A stretch of 63,466 nt of DNA, counting the filler. It is 22 parts of 22 records of this genome, joined end to end, with 100 filler letters (N's around TTAATTAATTAA, not from the genome) between each part and the next. Parts side by side here need not be neighbours in the genome. Positions count along the whole stretch, not along the records: positions 27,726 to 29,768 come from SRR16133337_38433; positions 29,869 to 35,622 come from SRR16133337_38995; positions 35,723 to 37,776 come from SRR16133337_39120; positions 37,877 to 42,948 come from SRR16133337_39310; 18 more parts are not named here. One strand, 5' to 3'. Position numbers and translations under genes: made by a program. Below, piece after piece: positions 27,983-41,028 of this stretch. The stretch's first letter is position 1; each line of letters opens with the position of its first letter. Below the pieces are notes generated by a model. That model saw only the letters and a list, made by a program, of their open reading frames with translations. It did no database searches and was not told where the DNA came from.

Positions 27983-29410
27983 TCCTTTACATGAGACCAA
28001 ATGACTAATGTCAGCGGCACTTTCACCAGATCCAACGACCAAAACGCGTTTACCGACAACCTGTGGTGATTCAGCACCTTGAAAGTCGTATGAGTGGATG
28101 ATCTAAAAAACAATACACCGCATGTCTAAGTTAAATATCACCAAGTCGGGTGACCCGCGTTCTTGCCTTGTGATTCATTGGTCGAAAGAACAAAAAACAA
28201 AATCTAATGACCAGGCCAAAAAATGGGATTTCTGCAAACAAACAATTGATAATTCTCGATTAACACTTGACCATTTTACTAGGTATTACAAACCCATAAA
28301 ACCCGGAGTTAATTAAACCTTTTGTATTTCCGTAAAGCGCAGTGTACGTTTTTTAACATTTTTAAAGGAAAACAAAACCAAACACATTTCGGTCATCCAA
28401 GGAAAAATTCTTTTTTAAAAAAAGCTTACCTCTCCTGGGAAAGTGTTATCTCCCTTCCAGCGAGGAACTTCATACCTAAAAACAAATGAATAACAAAAAC
28501 AGTTCACACACAGTTATAGCATAAAGAGAGGGTAAAGAGCCATCTATCTACCATTGAATGCAAGTTTACGCCTATGGCTTAGGGTAGACACGGTGTTATG
28601 CTCTTTAATTGAGGAGACCAGCAAAAAGTTCTGAGTTCCATACGGATTTTCCAGAAAAATAATTACAGGCGTGCACACAAGGGATTGTCAGCGAGAAAGC
28701 ACTTACATTGAAAAGAGAGGTGATGCATTATTGTATTAAATGATAATACGGCAACAAACAGCACAAAAACGCACACAAAGGCGCACCCAAAGGCGCAACA
28801 ATTTGACGTTTTTCGATACAAAATGATTTAAAATGATTTCGCAATCCAATTAAGAAAATACAACTTACGTCTGATTTGTCCCTGTGCAAACCATCAATTT
28901 ATCTACTTTGTATCTCTTTTTAATTCCTTCGTCCTAAAAAAATATAATAACCATTACCATAAAAGGGGTCAACATTTTATGGGTTTGTTTGTCAGCGGAA
29001 ATGACATGACCTATATACATCCACTCCCAACCCTCTCTTATAAGCCAGATCGCTCGTCCTGGCACGGAAGATCACAATCTATACTGTGATTGCCATCATT
29101 GTATAGTACACAAAAACTGGAGATTATTTTACAGTACTATATTGTGATAATTCACCTCAACACCCCCACTCACACTCCGCCGCCCAAAACGATAAAATTG
29201 ATCAACTTTTGCGTCAAATTGTCTTGAAGTGTGAGTGGTGATGGTGTGGGCGATGAAAAGAAAAGTTATCACTATGACAATCTCAAATGGTTGACACACC
29301 TTATGGTTAACTTCCAATATCCAGCCTTGTCCCCGACCAATCCTTTCACAACCAGATACAGGTGAGCTGAAGTGAACGTATTTACGCACGTCAAAGTGAT
29401 CTGCGTAGCT
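27983..29410 (-). CDS. Flavin-containing monooxygenase (FMO), spliced, partial
   Basis: Exons 29410-29300 (SYADHFDVRKYVHF..W), about 28933-28869 (DKLMVCTG), about 28475-28430 (PRWKGDNTFPGE) and 28102-27983 (IIHSYDF..KRVLVVGSGESAADI). Together they give the FxGxxxHxxxF signature and the NADPH GxGxSA motif. Confidence 0.88.
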
Positions 29411-29868
29411 CTAAAAACAAACAGAAAGAAAATAGGACTGGATTGTCAAGCGCAACAACACTTTTGAAATAGACTAAAAATGTGATGCGAAATCGACATT
29501 TTCTTAAAATGATCCATATGACCGTATGTAAGTATCGCATCAGACATCTACTGGTGACGTTCCAGAAGCAAAAACGAAACACACACAATGCGAACATTTG
29601 AATTTCAATGCATGGTCCATAAAACATAGTTACCAAATGGGCTCAACTTGGAGCTCAACTTTAAAAACATTTGGGAAAGTGATCATGAATCCATTTTTGG
29701 CAATAAATGCGATATAAATAGCACGTAATGATCGGTGCGAATTTTATCTTGTACTTACATTCATGTATNNNNNNNNNNNNNNNNNNNNNNNNNNNNNNNN
29801 NNNNNNNNNNNNTTAATTAATTAANNNNNNNNNNNNNNNNNNNNNNNNNNNNNNNNNNNNNNNNNNNN

Positions 29869-32800
29869 TTCAAAATAAGAAAAATGCAACTAGGATGGTT
29901 CGGAAGCGAAAAAATCGCACAAACACGAAAAAAAAACAAGATAATAAAAAAGACGCAAACAATAAAAAGGAAAAAAAGCGAAAAATGAACACTCAAGAAA
30001 AAAATGACAAACGTGAAAAAAACACAAAACAAAAACGCGACAGCAACTCAAGACGAAAGAGATCTCACGCAAGCTTTCGAGAAAACTTTGACGCATTTTC
30101 AGAAAAAAATGTTCAGAAATTCACTCAATTAGACGGCAACAGGGGGCCGCAACTTTTTGTTGGAACTATGAGTACTAAATGTGACGAATGTGGAGCAAAA
30201 ATGTGGCGTGACGAAATGCAAACAGTGAAACGAAGAAAAACATCATCAAAATGCTGTGCAAGAGGAAAAGTATCATTACCACAAATCAAAGAACCACCTG
30301 AGCTACTTCGTTCTCTCCTCGATAGAAGTCACAAAGATTCCAATATATTTCATAAACATATTCGAAGACTTAATTCGAACCTCGCATTTGTATCACTCCA
30401 AGCAAATGAAGAACATTTACCAGGGAAAGGCCCTCCGACATTTCGCATTCAGGGTATGTATTTCAACTTAGAACAAGTGATATTTACATGTTTTTGCTCC
30501 ATTAAGTTTTCCTGGAAAGGCAATTCCAACACATATATTGGTTTAAAAAAGACAGCACCCTTCTAACGACATTACTTTACTTTCATGCGATACATCCGAA
30601 AATACAATTAAATTATCAATACGAGAAATAATATGCTTTGCTGAAAATATTTTTTTCATTCAAAAACCATAGCATGTATGTCGAATCATTTTTAAATCTC
30701 AAACACTTTTCCAATTCAAACCAACCTTATTCAGTGCAATATTTCGAAAATACGTACACAACGGAAAAAATTATATACTTAAACATGAGTATGTTTGTAA
30801 AACTTAAACCGCAAGTAAGTGCATAAGCCAGACAATTTAAATGTACACATCTTTTTGTTTGAAGGTGCAATGTACCATAGAATCGGAAATCTACTCCCGC
30901 CAGACAAAACCTCACCAAAATTTCTCTCTTTGTACATTCACGACACAGAACATGAACTAGAAAACAGAATGAAAAACTCAATTGAAGAGTGTCGCACTTT
31001 ACTAGAAATGTTACAAAAACTCTTACATACATGTAATCCTTTTGTCAAAACATTCAAAACTGCACTTGAAAGAATGCACGAAAAAGAAGAAGACATGATT
31101 TTAGTTCTGCATGGAGACAAAACACCAGCTGGACATCACAACAGACAATTCAATGCTCCTCAAGCATCTGAAGTAGCCATACTTATGAGCGGTACTGAAA
31201 AAGATCAATTGTCGTCAGCTGATATTGTTCTAGAAAAACACTCTGGACCACTTAAGCGAATATCTCCATTGAACAAATATTCAGATCCACTTCAATATGT
31301 TTTACTTTTCCCAGAAGGACAGGCCGGATGGCATCCATCTTTAAGAAGAACTGACAACAATAGTTTGACAATGATGGATTTTTACTCTTATCAAATAATG
31401 ACGCGTGACAATGAATATTCTACAATTCTCCGTGGGGGGAGACTTTTCCAACAATACTTGGTGACTGAGTTTGCCAAAATTGAACAAAGTAGATTGAACT
31501 GGGCAAGAATAAACCAAAAAACAATAAGAGCGGATTTGTATCAGGGATTAGATGATGCTATAAAAGAAGATGACGTTCATAATGCTGGCAAGAAAACAAT
31601 TCTACCATCATCGTTTGTTGGAGGACCGAGGTATATGACTGGTAAGTATCAAGATGCTATGGCGGTTGTAAGAAAACTTGGGAAACCAGATTTGTTCATT
31701 ACAATCACATGCAATCCAGAATGGGACGAAATCAAGAGTGCTCTTTTACCTGGCCAACATGCATACGATCGACCAGATCTATGCAGCAGAGTTTTCGAAA
31801 TCAAACTGAAATCACTAGTAAAAGACATACGTGAAAAACAAGTTTTTGGAAAAGCAGTAGCTATAGTGCAAGTAGTTGAATTTCAGAAACGTGGACTTCC
31901 ACACGCTCATATCTTGGTGATACTGGGAACCGCTGACAAATTAAAAAAGCCAGAGGATTACGATGAAGTGGTGAGCGCAGAAATTCCATCCAACAAAAAT
32001 CCAGAACTGCGAAAAATCATTTTGAGATACAACATTCATCCACCATGTGGACATTTCAACAAAACTGCACCATGTATGGAGAACAACGAATGTACTAAGG
32101 AATACCCCAAGGAAATGAGAAAAACAACACACGCAACAGAGGATGGATATCCACTTTACAGAAGACGAAGACCTGAGCAAGGAGGAAACATTTGCTATAA
32201 AAAAGTCAGAGATGATCCAAACTTCCGCATAGACAATAGTTGGGTTGTTCCATACAATGCATTTTTGTCATTGAAATACAATTGCCACATCAACGTGGAA
32301 GTTTCTGCTTCTGTACAATCAGTGAAATATCTCTACAAATATGTCTACAAAGGACTTGATCGTTGTATTTTCTCAATTCAGAAGAAAGCACCAAACCAAT
32401 CTGCTGAAACAAAAAACTCAAATAAGAACGAAATTGATAACTATCAAAACGCTCGATATCTCTCTGCATCTGAAGCTGCATGGAGGATCTTAGGACAATC
32501 ATTACATGGAACATATCCTGCAGTGCAACGTTTACAAGTAAGATAATATCAATTTGCCCTAAAACGACACAATGAAAACTATCAATAAATGCCTAACACA
32601 AAACGTGTTTGCCTCAATTCACACATTCAAAAATATTTCACAACTAATTGAAAAGAAACTGTTGGATTAATTTCTTTGACGATTTAATGCTTCTCTAAAT
32701 TAGCTCCATCTGCCAAATCAACAGTTAGTAACGTTTGATGAAAACGCAACACTCACAGAAGCAAAGAAAAAATTAAAACAATCTCAAAAGACAACTCTGA

Positions 32801-35622
32801 CACAATATTTTGAAAAAGTATGCAAGGAAAAATCTGATCCTCCTACTGTAAAGTCACGTACGGATAAATATGGCAATATTCAACCTCTTGCAACAGAATT
32901 ATCATACGATGATTTCCCGCGTTATTTTGTATGGAACAAAACAAAAAAACATTGGAAGAGAAGAAAGAAACAGACGCATTCTAACTGCGTAGGTAGAGTA
33001 TATGGCGCTTCACCAAAAGAGGGAGAACGATACTACCTACGAAGGCTCCTCTATTGCAAGAAAGGAGTTTGTTCATTCGAGGATTTACGAACAGTAGATA
33101 GTAAAATACTTCCAACTTTCAAGGTAAAACTATCATGTATATACTTAATAACTTAGTTTGCTATTCGGAGATGTAGTGAAATTGAAAGTAACATTTTGTT
33201 TCTATTTCTGCAGGCAGCCTGCAAAGAACTTGGATTGTTGTCAGATGATAAAGAATGGAATTTGTGTATGATGGAAGCATCTGAAACTGCTACTGGGTTT
33301 CAAATGAGGCAGTTGTTTGTCACAATTCTCGTGTATTGTCAGCCAGAAGATCCAATGAAACTCTGGGTCTCGTACAAATCAAACCTCACTGAAGATTTTA
33401 CTCATAATTATCCAACAGCAACGCCAACACAAATAAGTAACCACACACTGATCGATTTAGAAGATCGCTTGCACAGTCATGGATCATCACTTAAGAATTT
33501 TGGTCTCCCTTTGCCTGATAAATTAAACGACATTACACATCCATATATGAAAGAAGTTACAGCAGCTCAAGAATATGACACGAAAATATTACAAGAAATT
33601 GTTGAGAAACAAAAAAGGACTATGACAAAAGAACAAAAGCAAATATTTGATACAATTATGAAATCAGTTAATGAAGAACTTGGGATGTCAGTATTCATCG
33701 ATGCTCCCGGTGGAACCGGTAAAACATTCACACTGAATACAATACTTGCAGGCGTTCGATCATTGAATATGATTGCCCTAGGACTTGCTTCCAGCGGTCT
33801 TGCATCACTGCTTTTGTCAGGAGGACGCACAGTTCACTCCACTTTCAAAGTACCTCTCCAAGTCTCACCAGAAATGACATGCAATATTTCAAAAAGAAAA
33901 AATTCTCGAGCAGAACTACTGAAAAGAACAAAATTAATCGTATGGGATGAAGCACCAATGCATCACAGACATATCCTTGAATCTATTGACCGTTGTTTAA
34001 GGTAATTTCGGCTTAAATTATGAAAATGAAACTTTAAATTACTCAATGAACTTATAAACTTGGACTATACTTTTTAGAGACATTCGTGGTATCCAGCGCC
34101 CCTTTGGTGGAATTACAATGGTTTTAGCAGGAGACTTCAGACAAATTCTACCAGTCATTCGAAGAGGATCTCGTGCTGATATAATCGATTCATGTTTGAA
34201 AAAGTCACAACACTCCTGGGAAAAAATGAAAATCATGCATTTGACTCTCAATATGAGAGTTTTTTTGCAAAAGCAGCACAACAACAACTTTTCAAGCTGG
34301 TTAAGAAAACTTGGCGATGGTCAACTTCAACTATTTCCAAATATCGGTGAAGATGTAATCAAACTGCCTGAAGAAATTTGCTCCAAAGCTGATACACTCG
34401 AAGAATTTGTAAGAGAAATATATCCGAATCTACAAACCAACTATACTAACAGTCAATATTTTCGTGACAGAGTTATTCTTACACCTAAAAATAATACAAT
34501 GGTAGAATTGAACAACATGATCCAAGACAATATTCCTTCAAAAACATTCCCACCTCTTCTCAGTGCAGATTCTATTAATGATGATGACAATCATCTGTTG
34601 TACCCTCCGGAATTCTTACATACTCTTCAACCATCAGGTTCAGTACTAAAAATATAATCTCATTTTAACTAAACCAAGTAACTTCACAGCAGTCTTAAAA
34701 CATTTGCAATCCAACAAGTATTAAAGAACGAAACAAATTGCCTCATTCCATTGTTTTTTGTTTGTTATTCATAGGCTTGCCACCACATGAACTTATTGTG
34801 AAAGAAAACACTCCCCTCCTCCTTTTACGAAATTTGTGTCCTCAAAATGGTATGTGTAATGGAACAAAACTACTTTTAAAACATGCATCGCGGAATCTTC
34901 TTGAGTGTGTAATTTTAACTGGTGAATACATTGGGAAAGTTGTGATGATTCCCAGAATACGCTTACAACCAACAGACTCAGCATTTCCGTTCACACTGAC
35001 ACGACTTCAGTTTCCCGTAAATCTTGCGCTCACAATGACGATCAACAAAGCACAGGGGCAAACAGTTAAAAAAGTTGGACTCTATTTGCCTGAACCAGTT
35101 TTTACTCATGGGCAATTATACGTTGCATGCTCGCGTGTGGGAAGTTCCAATGATATATCTATTTTTGTTGATAATAACCCACATCATGGACAGCTTAAAA
35201 CGACAAACGGAGATGTGTACACAAGAAATATTGTATTTAGAGAAATTCTATCTTGATAACAATAAAAGAAAACATTTGATACAAAACAAGCACTAATTCT
35301 TTTTGTTGGGAATTTTCTTTCCAATTATTTTACTAAAAAATACATTCAATTAGATTCTGCAAGAAGAATAAAGCTAAACATTCAAATCCTGGTCACTCAA
35401 GAACATTTTCTCCCACGTATTATCTTCTATCAAACTAAACCAGATGTTATAAAAATTAAACATAAATAATTGTATCTTTCAGTAGGTTAATTTGGAAACA
35501 AAAACAAACAAACAGTTTTTCCGACAACATTTCAATACAATTCAATCGCACAAAACATATCGCACTGAAAATGTACATCACATTGTATCGTCAAGCGTAG
35601 CGAACGGGGCCAATTTATATCA
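29869..35622 (+). mobile_element. Helitron (autonomous type, RepHel-encoding)
   Basis: The contig is almost entirely occupied by a RepHel gene. The 5' TC and 3' CTRR termini are not identifiable within the contig. Confidence 0.95.
29895..35256 (+). CDS. Helitron RepHel: Zn finger + HUH/Y2 Rep + Pif1 helicase; 6 exons, about 1493 aa
   Basis: Exons 29895-30453, 30865-32537, 32704-33123, 33214-34001, 34078-34637 and 34775-35256 total 4482 nt in one frame. Rep motifs: PDLFITITCNP, EFQKRGLPHAH, YLYKYVYKG. Helicase motifs: APGGTGKT, WDEAPM, GDFRQILPV, TINKAQGQT, HGQLYVACSRV. The true start may lie upstream. Confidence 0.93.
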
Positions 35623-37876
35623 NNNNNNNNNNNNNNNNNNNNNNNNNNNNNNNNNNNNNNNNNNNNTTAATTAATTAANNNNNNNNNNNNNNNNNNNNNN
35701 NNNNNNNNNNNNNNNNNNNNNNTGAAGGGTGTGTGTGTGTGTGTGGGTGGGGTGGAGGGGTGTTATTCATTGATGTACCTTGCAGTAGGTTTACGACCTT
35801 AATCGAATAACACTTCTCTCCCTTCAATAAACCCAATACGCACGCACCCTTCAAAAATTGAAAATTTCACCACGCAAACATCCACCTTCGTTTCCCTCAA
35901 TGGTTTTTACCGCCGAAAATATTATCCATGCAAGTTTTTCCGCCAATTTTTAAAACTGAAAAGTGTGACTATTGTGTGGAGATGAAGGAGGTGGTTCAAG
36001 TTCTGGTAAAAAAAAAGCACTGCAAAAAACATTACTGTAATACATAAGAATTCAAATGGATTTTCACTACAAATTGAATTCTGACGAAGTTTGTTTATGC
36101 TTCTTGCGGAATTCGTGAATTTCATATTTTTCAAAAATTTCTTATGAAATATTTGACGAAATTAATTAGTGAACTTTATGTCACTATTTTTCGTCAAATA
36201 ACCCAACCATTCGAAATTTTTGGGAAATTAAAAAAATCATGAGGTAACTCCTCTGCGTGTTTAGTTTGTCACCCCAAGAGATATGAAATTCTATTCCAAA
36301 CAAAATCTGAAAGTGAATTTTGATTATGAAACGTCTCGTTTGCAGTTGACAAATTGCAATATAGACTTTCGCACCACCAACCCTCGGCTCACAACGTACC
36401 GCTCTCCTCCCTCGCAACAACTCCTTTACACGGAAGTGTATTTGCAAATGCGATCAATTCCTCGAGTTTCGGTGTCTCCTCATTCGTCGAGGAAATACAA
36501 CCCATGACTGCGTGTAAGTTCTTCTTTTGTGGTTTGTATTATGATTGACTGATGATCACCTCATTATGGGATATTATGATTTTAGACTTAATTCATGCTT
36601 CTTTAAAAACATGAACGTACACACCTACCATCCTTTCAAAACTCCCTCCTTCAACATCATCAGATATATGCAAAATCGAAAAGTTCACAAGTAGTTGCTC
36701 ATTCGACATTTGAAAATTAAGACAAAAAAAGGTTTCTATACCATTTTTTTGTGGACATGATTTTCATATTTTCTGTGAAATTTATCACGTACCAAAATAG
36801 TTTTATGATGAAAAATTGTTGAAATTCAGTTTCATGTTTTTTGTAATAAAAATTAGACAAAAATTAAGTGATTACTCTCATTATCAAATATACTACTTCA
36901 AAAACACATTCGTAAATTGTATTTTCATAAAAAAAAAATCAAATGGCAAATCTTAAGAAATGTACATTCACATTACGAAACACAGACCCCATTTTTATTC
37001 GAGACCACTCTCCAGCAATTTCCCTCATGTTTTACGTGAATCGATGTAATCACAACAAGAAAACTCAATTTGTTTTCGTGATTACGGGAGCTCATTTATT
37101 TCAAACCCTAAACATACAAGCACATTCACTGTATAAGTTCAATAGTAGAAGAAACAAATTTAATTGGAAATTCTGCCATACATATTCTACCACCCAAGAG
37201 CAGTTTCTACCTAAAAAGTGGGCACTTTCGAGTCTCTCAAAAAAACATATATTTTTTTCACAAGTGAGACGAAAGTCAAAATATCTTTGTGTTTATAGGG
37301 CCAGTTTGCATACGCCGTTCTTTTTTTATAAAAATGCAATGTGTCGAAGATTTTTCTCACCACTTTTCCGTATACTTTTTTAAAATCCACACACATTGCG
37401 AAAATTGTTGTTGTTGTTGTTTTATTCCTGTGATCGAAACTACAATCTATCGAATTTTTGTACAATAATAAAATTTTGATCGAGAACACGCATAAAAACC
37501 AAAACATCTATTTGAACAGCCTTATATATTACCCTACCTTACGAATAACCTCATGCCATGTACCACCACACACACACACTCACACACATTGTTACCACCC
37601 AAACACTCAATACTGACCAAAAGAAATTTTTTTGCTGTTTTCAAAATTCGCGAGTACGGGGAAAAAGCTACCCCAGTGTGTCCACCTGTAAAAAAACGCT
37701 CAGTTTTCAGAAATGCTCGTGAAAAATATTTTTTGGGCACACATTTAGTATTAAAGTTTGAAAATGAGAAATAATCNNNNNNNNNNNNNNNNNNNNNNNN
37801 NNNNNNNNNNNNNNNNNNNNTTAATTAATTAANNNNNNNNNNNNNNNNNNNNNNNNNNNNNNNNNNNNNNNNNNNN

Positions 37877-38957
37877 TTTTGAACAGTATATGTTTAGATG
37901 AGATTTAAATATTTTTAATAAAAAAAAAAATTATAATTTAAAATTTACGGACTTAACTAAAAATAAGTTTAAGTATAAAAAACTTTATAAATTTTTTTCT
38001 AATAATAAAAATAAATATTTTAAATTAAAAATATTTAAATATAGTAACATTAATCAATTCTTTTTTATTAAAAATATATCAAAAAATTTATTAAAAATAT
38101 TAAAAAAGGAATTATGATGAAATTCTAATTGTTTATATTACTTTACACAGTTAAAGTATCAATATTTTATAAATTCTTTTTTTAATATTTTTTTTTATTT
38201 AAAATTTTATTTTTATTTTAAAAAGATAGTAGGCATATTTACATTTATTAAAAACAAATATTTTAAGTATTTTTATTTAATTTATAATAATAATTTAGTA
38301 AATTTTAAAAATAAACTTTACATTCAAACGCATTTTAAGTATAACTATTTTTTTAACTATAAAAAATTATTATATTTTAATTTTTATTTTTTTAAAAAAA
38401 ATAAAATTTTATTTTTAATATGACACAAATCTATACAATTTTGAAATAATAATTTAAATTTTTGATTTAAGATTATTTTTTTTAAAAGTTTAATTAAATT
38501 TTTTTTTAAATTAAATTTTTTATGACGTAGTAAACTTTTATTTAATATTTTAATTTTATATTTAAACTTATTAAGCAATAAATATTTTTATAAAATTAAT
38601 GCAATTTTTTTTAGTAAATTTATTGAAAAACAATTACAAGTATTATTTTCTAAAAAAGAACAACTTTTCTTTTTTAGGAATATTTTAAGTGTTTCTAAAT
38701 ATTTTATAAATAACAAAATAATAAAATTAAATTTTTATTTTTTAAAATTAGAAGGTTCTATTTTTTTAATTTCTGGAAGATGACAACGAAAAAGATGAGT
38801 AGCCCCTTTTAAACAACAATATTTTTTAGGCGTTAGGCCCCTTTTAAATTACTTTTCTCCAAATATATTATATAGCTATTATCAATGTACTATATTTACT
38901 CGTAAAGGTATTATAGGTTTTAAACTTATTTTTTTTTTTAGTAATATATTTAAATAA
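37877..38957 (+). CDS. rps3: Mitochondrial ribosomal protein S3-like (TGA=Trp), probably 5' truncated
   Basis: One open frame if TGA is read as Trp. The C-terminus NAIFFSKFIEKQL..GSIFLISGR..GVRPL..TRKGIIGFK matches the S3 C-terminal domain. Missed by the ORF track. Confidence 0.65.
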
Positions 38958-40980
38958 AAATATAATTATAAAATAATAAATTTAATGTTAAGATTAAAAT
39001 ATAATTTTCAAAGTTTATTAATTCAATTTTTGATATAGTATTATTTTTGGAATATTTTGCTAATTGGTATAAAAATTTAATTTGAATTTTTTGATTAAAA
39101 TTTACTCAAATATTTTCTACATATAATAAACTAATAAGTCTAAAGTAACTTCCTGTAATTATTATACTAAAATATAAAGTTAAAATTGTATCTAAATAAC
39201 AAAAATTAAATAAAAATAATAAAATTAAATTAAGTTTTATATAAAAAAAACTAAATGGTGGGAATCCTGATAAGTTTAATAATAACAATATAAAAAAAAA
39301 TAATAATTTTTTTGAAAAAATCGAAAATCAAAAAAAATCTTTAATAAAATTTAATTTAATATCTATTTTATACTTATTTAAGTTAAACTCATAGTTTAAT
39401 AAATTTAAATTAATAGTTAAAAAACCGGATCATCATAATAAAATAAAAAATAAAAGAAAGGTATGAAATATATATATTATAAAATAGCTATAAATTATTA
39501 TAAAACTGTCTAATTGTTGAAAATTAATTAAAAATAAATTAATTTTTAATCCTAAAATTAAAAATCCTAAATGTGTTATAGAGGTTGCTGCGAAAAATCG
39601 ATGAATATTTGTTTGAGTTATTGCTAGAAAACTTCCAAAAAAAAGAGATAAAAGCCCTACTAAGGTTAATAAATGCAAAAGTAAATTTAAAATTTCAAAA
39701 TTATATAAAGAAATTAAAAACAAAAATTTAATTAAAAATATATATAAATTAAATTTGTTTAAAGTTAATAAAAGTAAAGTTACTAATCGAGGAAACCCTT
39801 CAAAAATATCTAAAACTCAAATATAAAAAGGAAAAACTCCTAGTTTAAAAAAAATTGCTAATATTAAAAATAGTATACCTAACTGAAAGCCTACTAGATT
39901 TAATTGTTGAGTAGACATATAATATAATATTAAAGTTATTTCTTCGTAGTTTAAAGAACCTGCAAAATTATAAATATAAGCAATACCTAGTAACATAAAA
40001 ATTGATGAAATTACGCTTAAAAAAAAATATTTTAAAGACGTGGTTACTATACTTAAAAAATTACGAAATTGCCCAGAGATTACTAAAATAGTTAGTGTTT
40101 GCAATTCAATTCCTAAATAAACAATAAAAAGGTTTGTTGTATTTATTACTAAAAAATAACCTAAAATTAGAAAACTAATTAGAATAGGATATTCATACTT
40201 TAATAAAAAAAAAAAATTTAATTTAATATTATATAATTTTAAATTAATAGGAATATTATAATATAAAAAAATTATAATATAATATAAAAAAATTAAAATT
40301 AAAATTAAAAATTTGTTATAAATTGTAAAGTTGTCATAAGAAAATAAAGTTAAATTATAAGGGTCACTAGAGAAATTAAAAAAATTAAAATAAATTGAAT
40401 TACCTTTATTTAAAAAATTAGGTAAATTTCCAAAATTTTTTAAATAAATAAAATATTCATTTAAAGATACAAAATTTTGAAAATAATTATAAAAACTTAG
40501 AATAAAAACCTTTATAATTAATACTTGGTAAGAAAAACAAAATAAAGCAGATTCCAAAATAAAATAAAAATAATAAGCTAAAAAGAAAATTATAAAAGAG
40601 TTATACATATTTAAATAATAAAACATCAATATATTAAAAAATCAAATTATAAAGCTTAATTGTTTAATAAATATGTTTAAAAAAACAAAAATAAAAAGCA
40701 CTACTTTATTTAAACAATCACTTAAATAAAAAAAAAAATAATTAAAATTTAAAAAATTTATTTCTTGGTTTAGTATAAACATATGTTGTATTAAAATTAT
40801 TAAAAAAAAAAATTCAAAAAATATTAATAAATTTTGAGTTGTTTTATTAGTTATTAAAATTTCTTTAAAACTATTATTATAAAAACTTAAACTATAGCCT
40901 GTTTTTTGTAAAAGTAAAAAAAGTAAAAAAAAAATTAATAATATTTCAAATAAATAAGGGAAGGTTAAAAAAAATAACAT
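38950..40980 (-). CDS. nad2: Mitochondrial NADH dehydrogenase subunit 2 (TGA=Trp), about 676 aa
   Basis: ORF-track pieces 40642-40989, 39817-40629, 39433-39723 and 39106-39288 are one frame linked by TGA codons. Motifs: EYPILI, YLGIELQ, LKYF, FKLGVFPFYIW..D, LSGFPPFSFFYIK. TAA stop at 38950-38952. Confidence 0.88.
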
Positions 40981-41028
40981 AATTAACAAAATATATTTTT
41001 ATACAATCTAAGCTTAAAATACTTATTA

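Noticed and set aside
35585-35622. GC-rich patch (GCGTAGC..ACGGGGCC) as the Helitron 3' hairpin
   Set aside because: The stem is imperfect and no CTRR end is present before the contig stops. Suggestive only.
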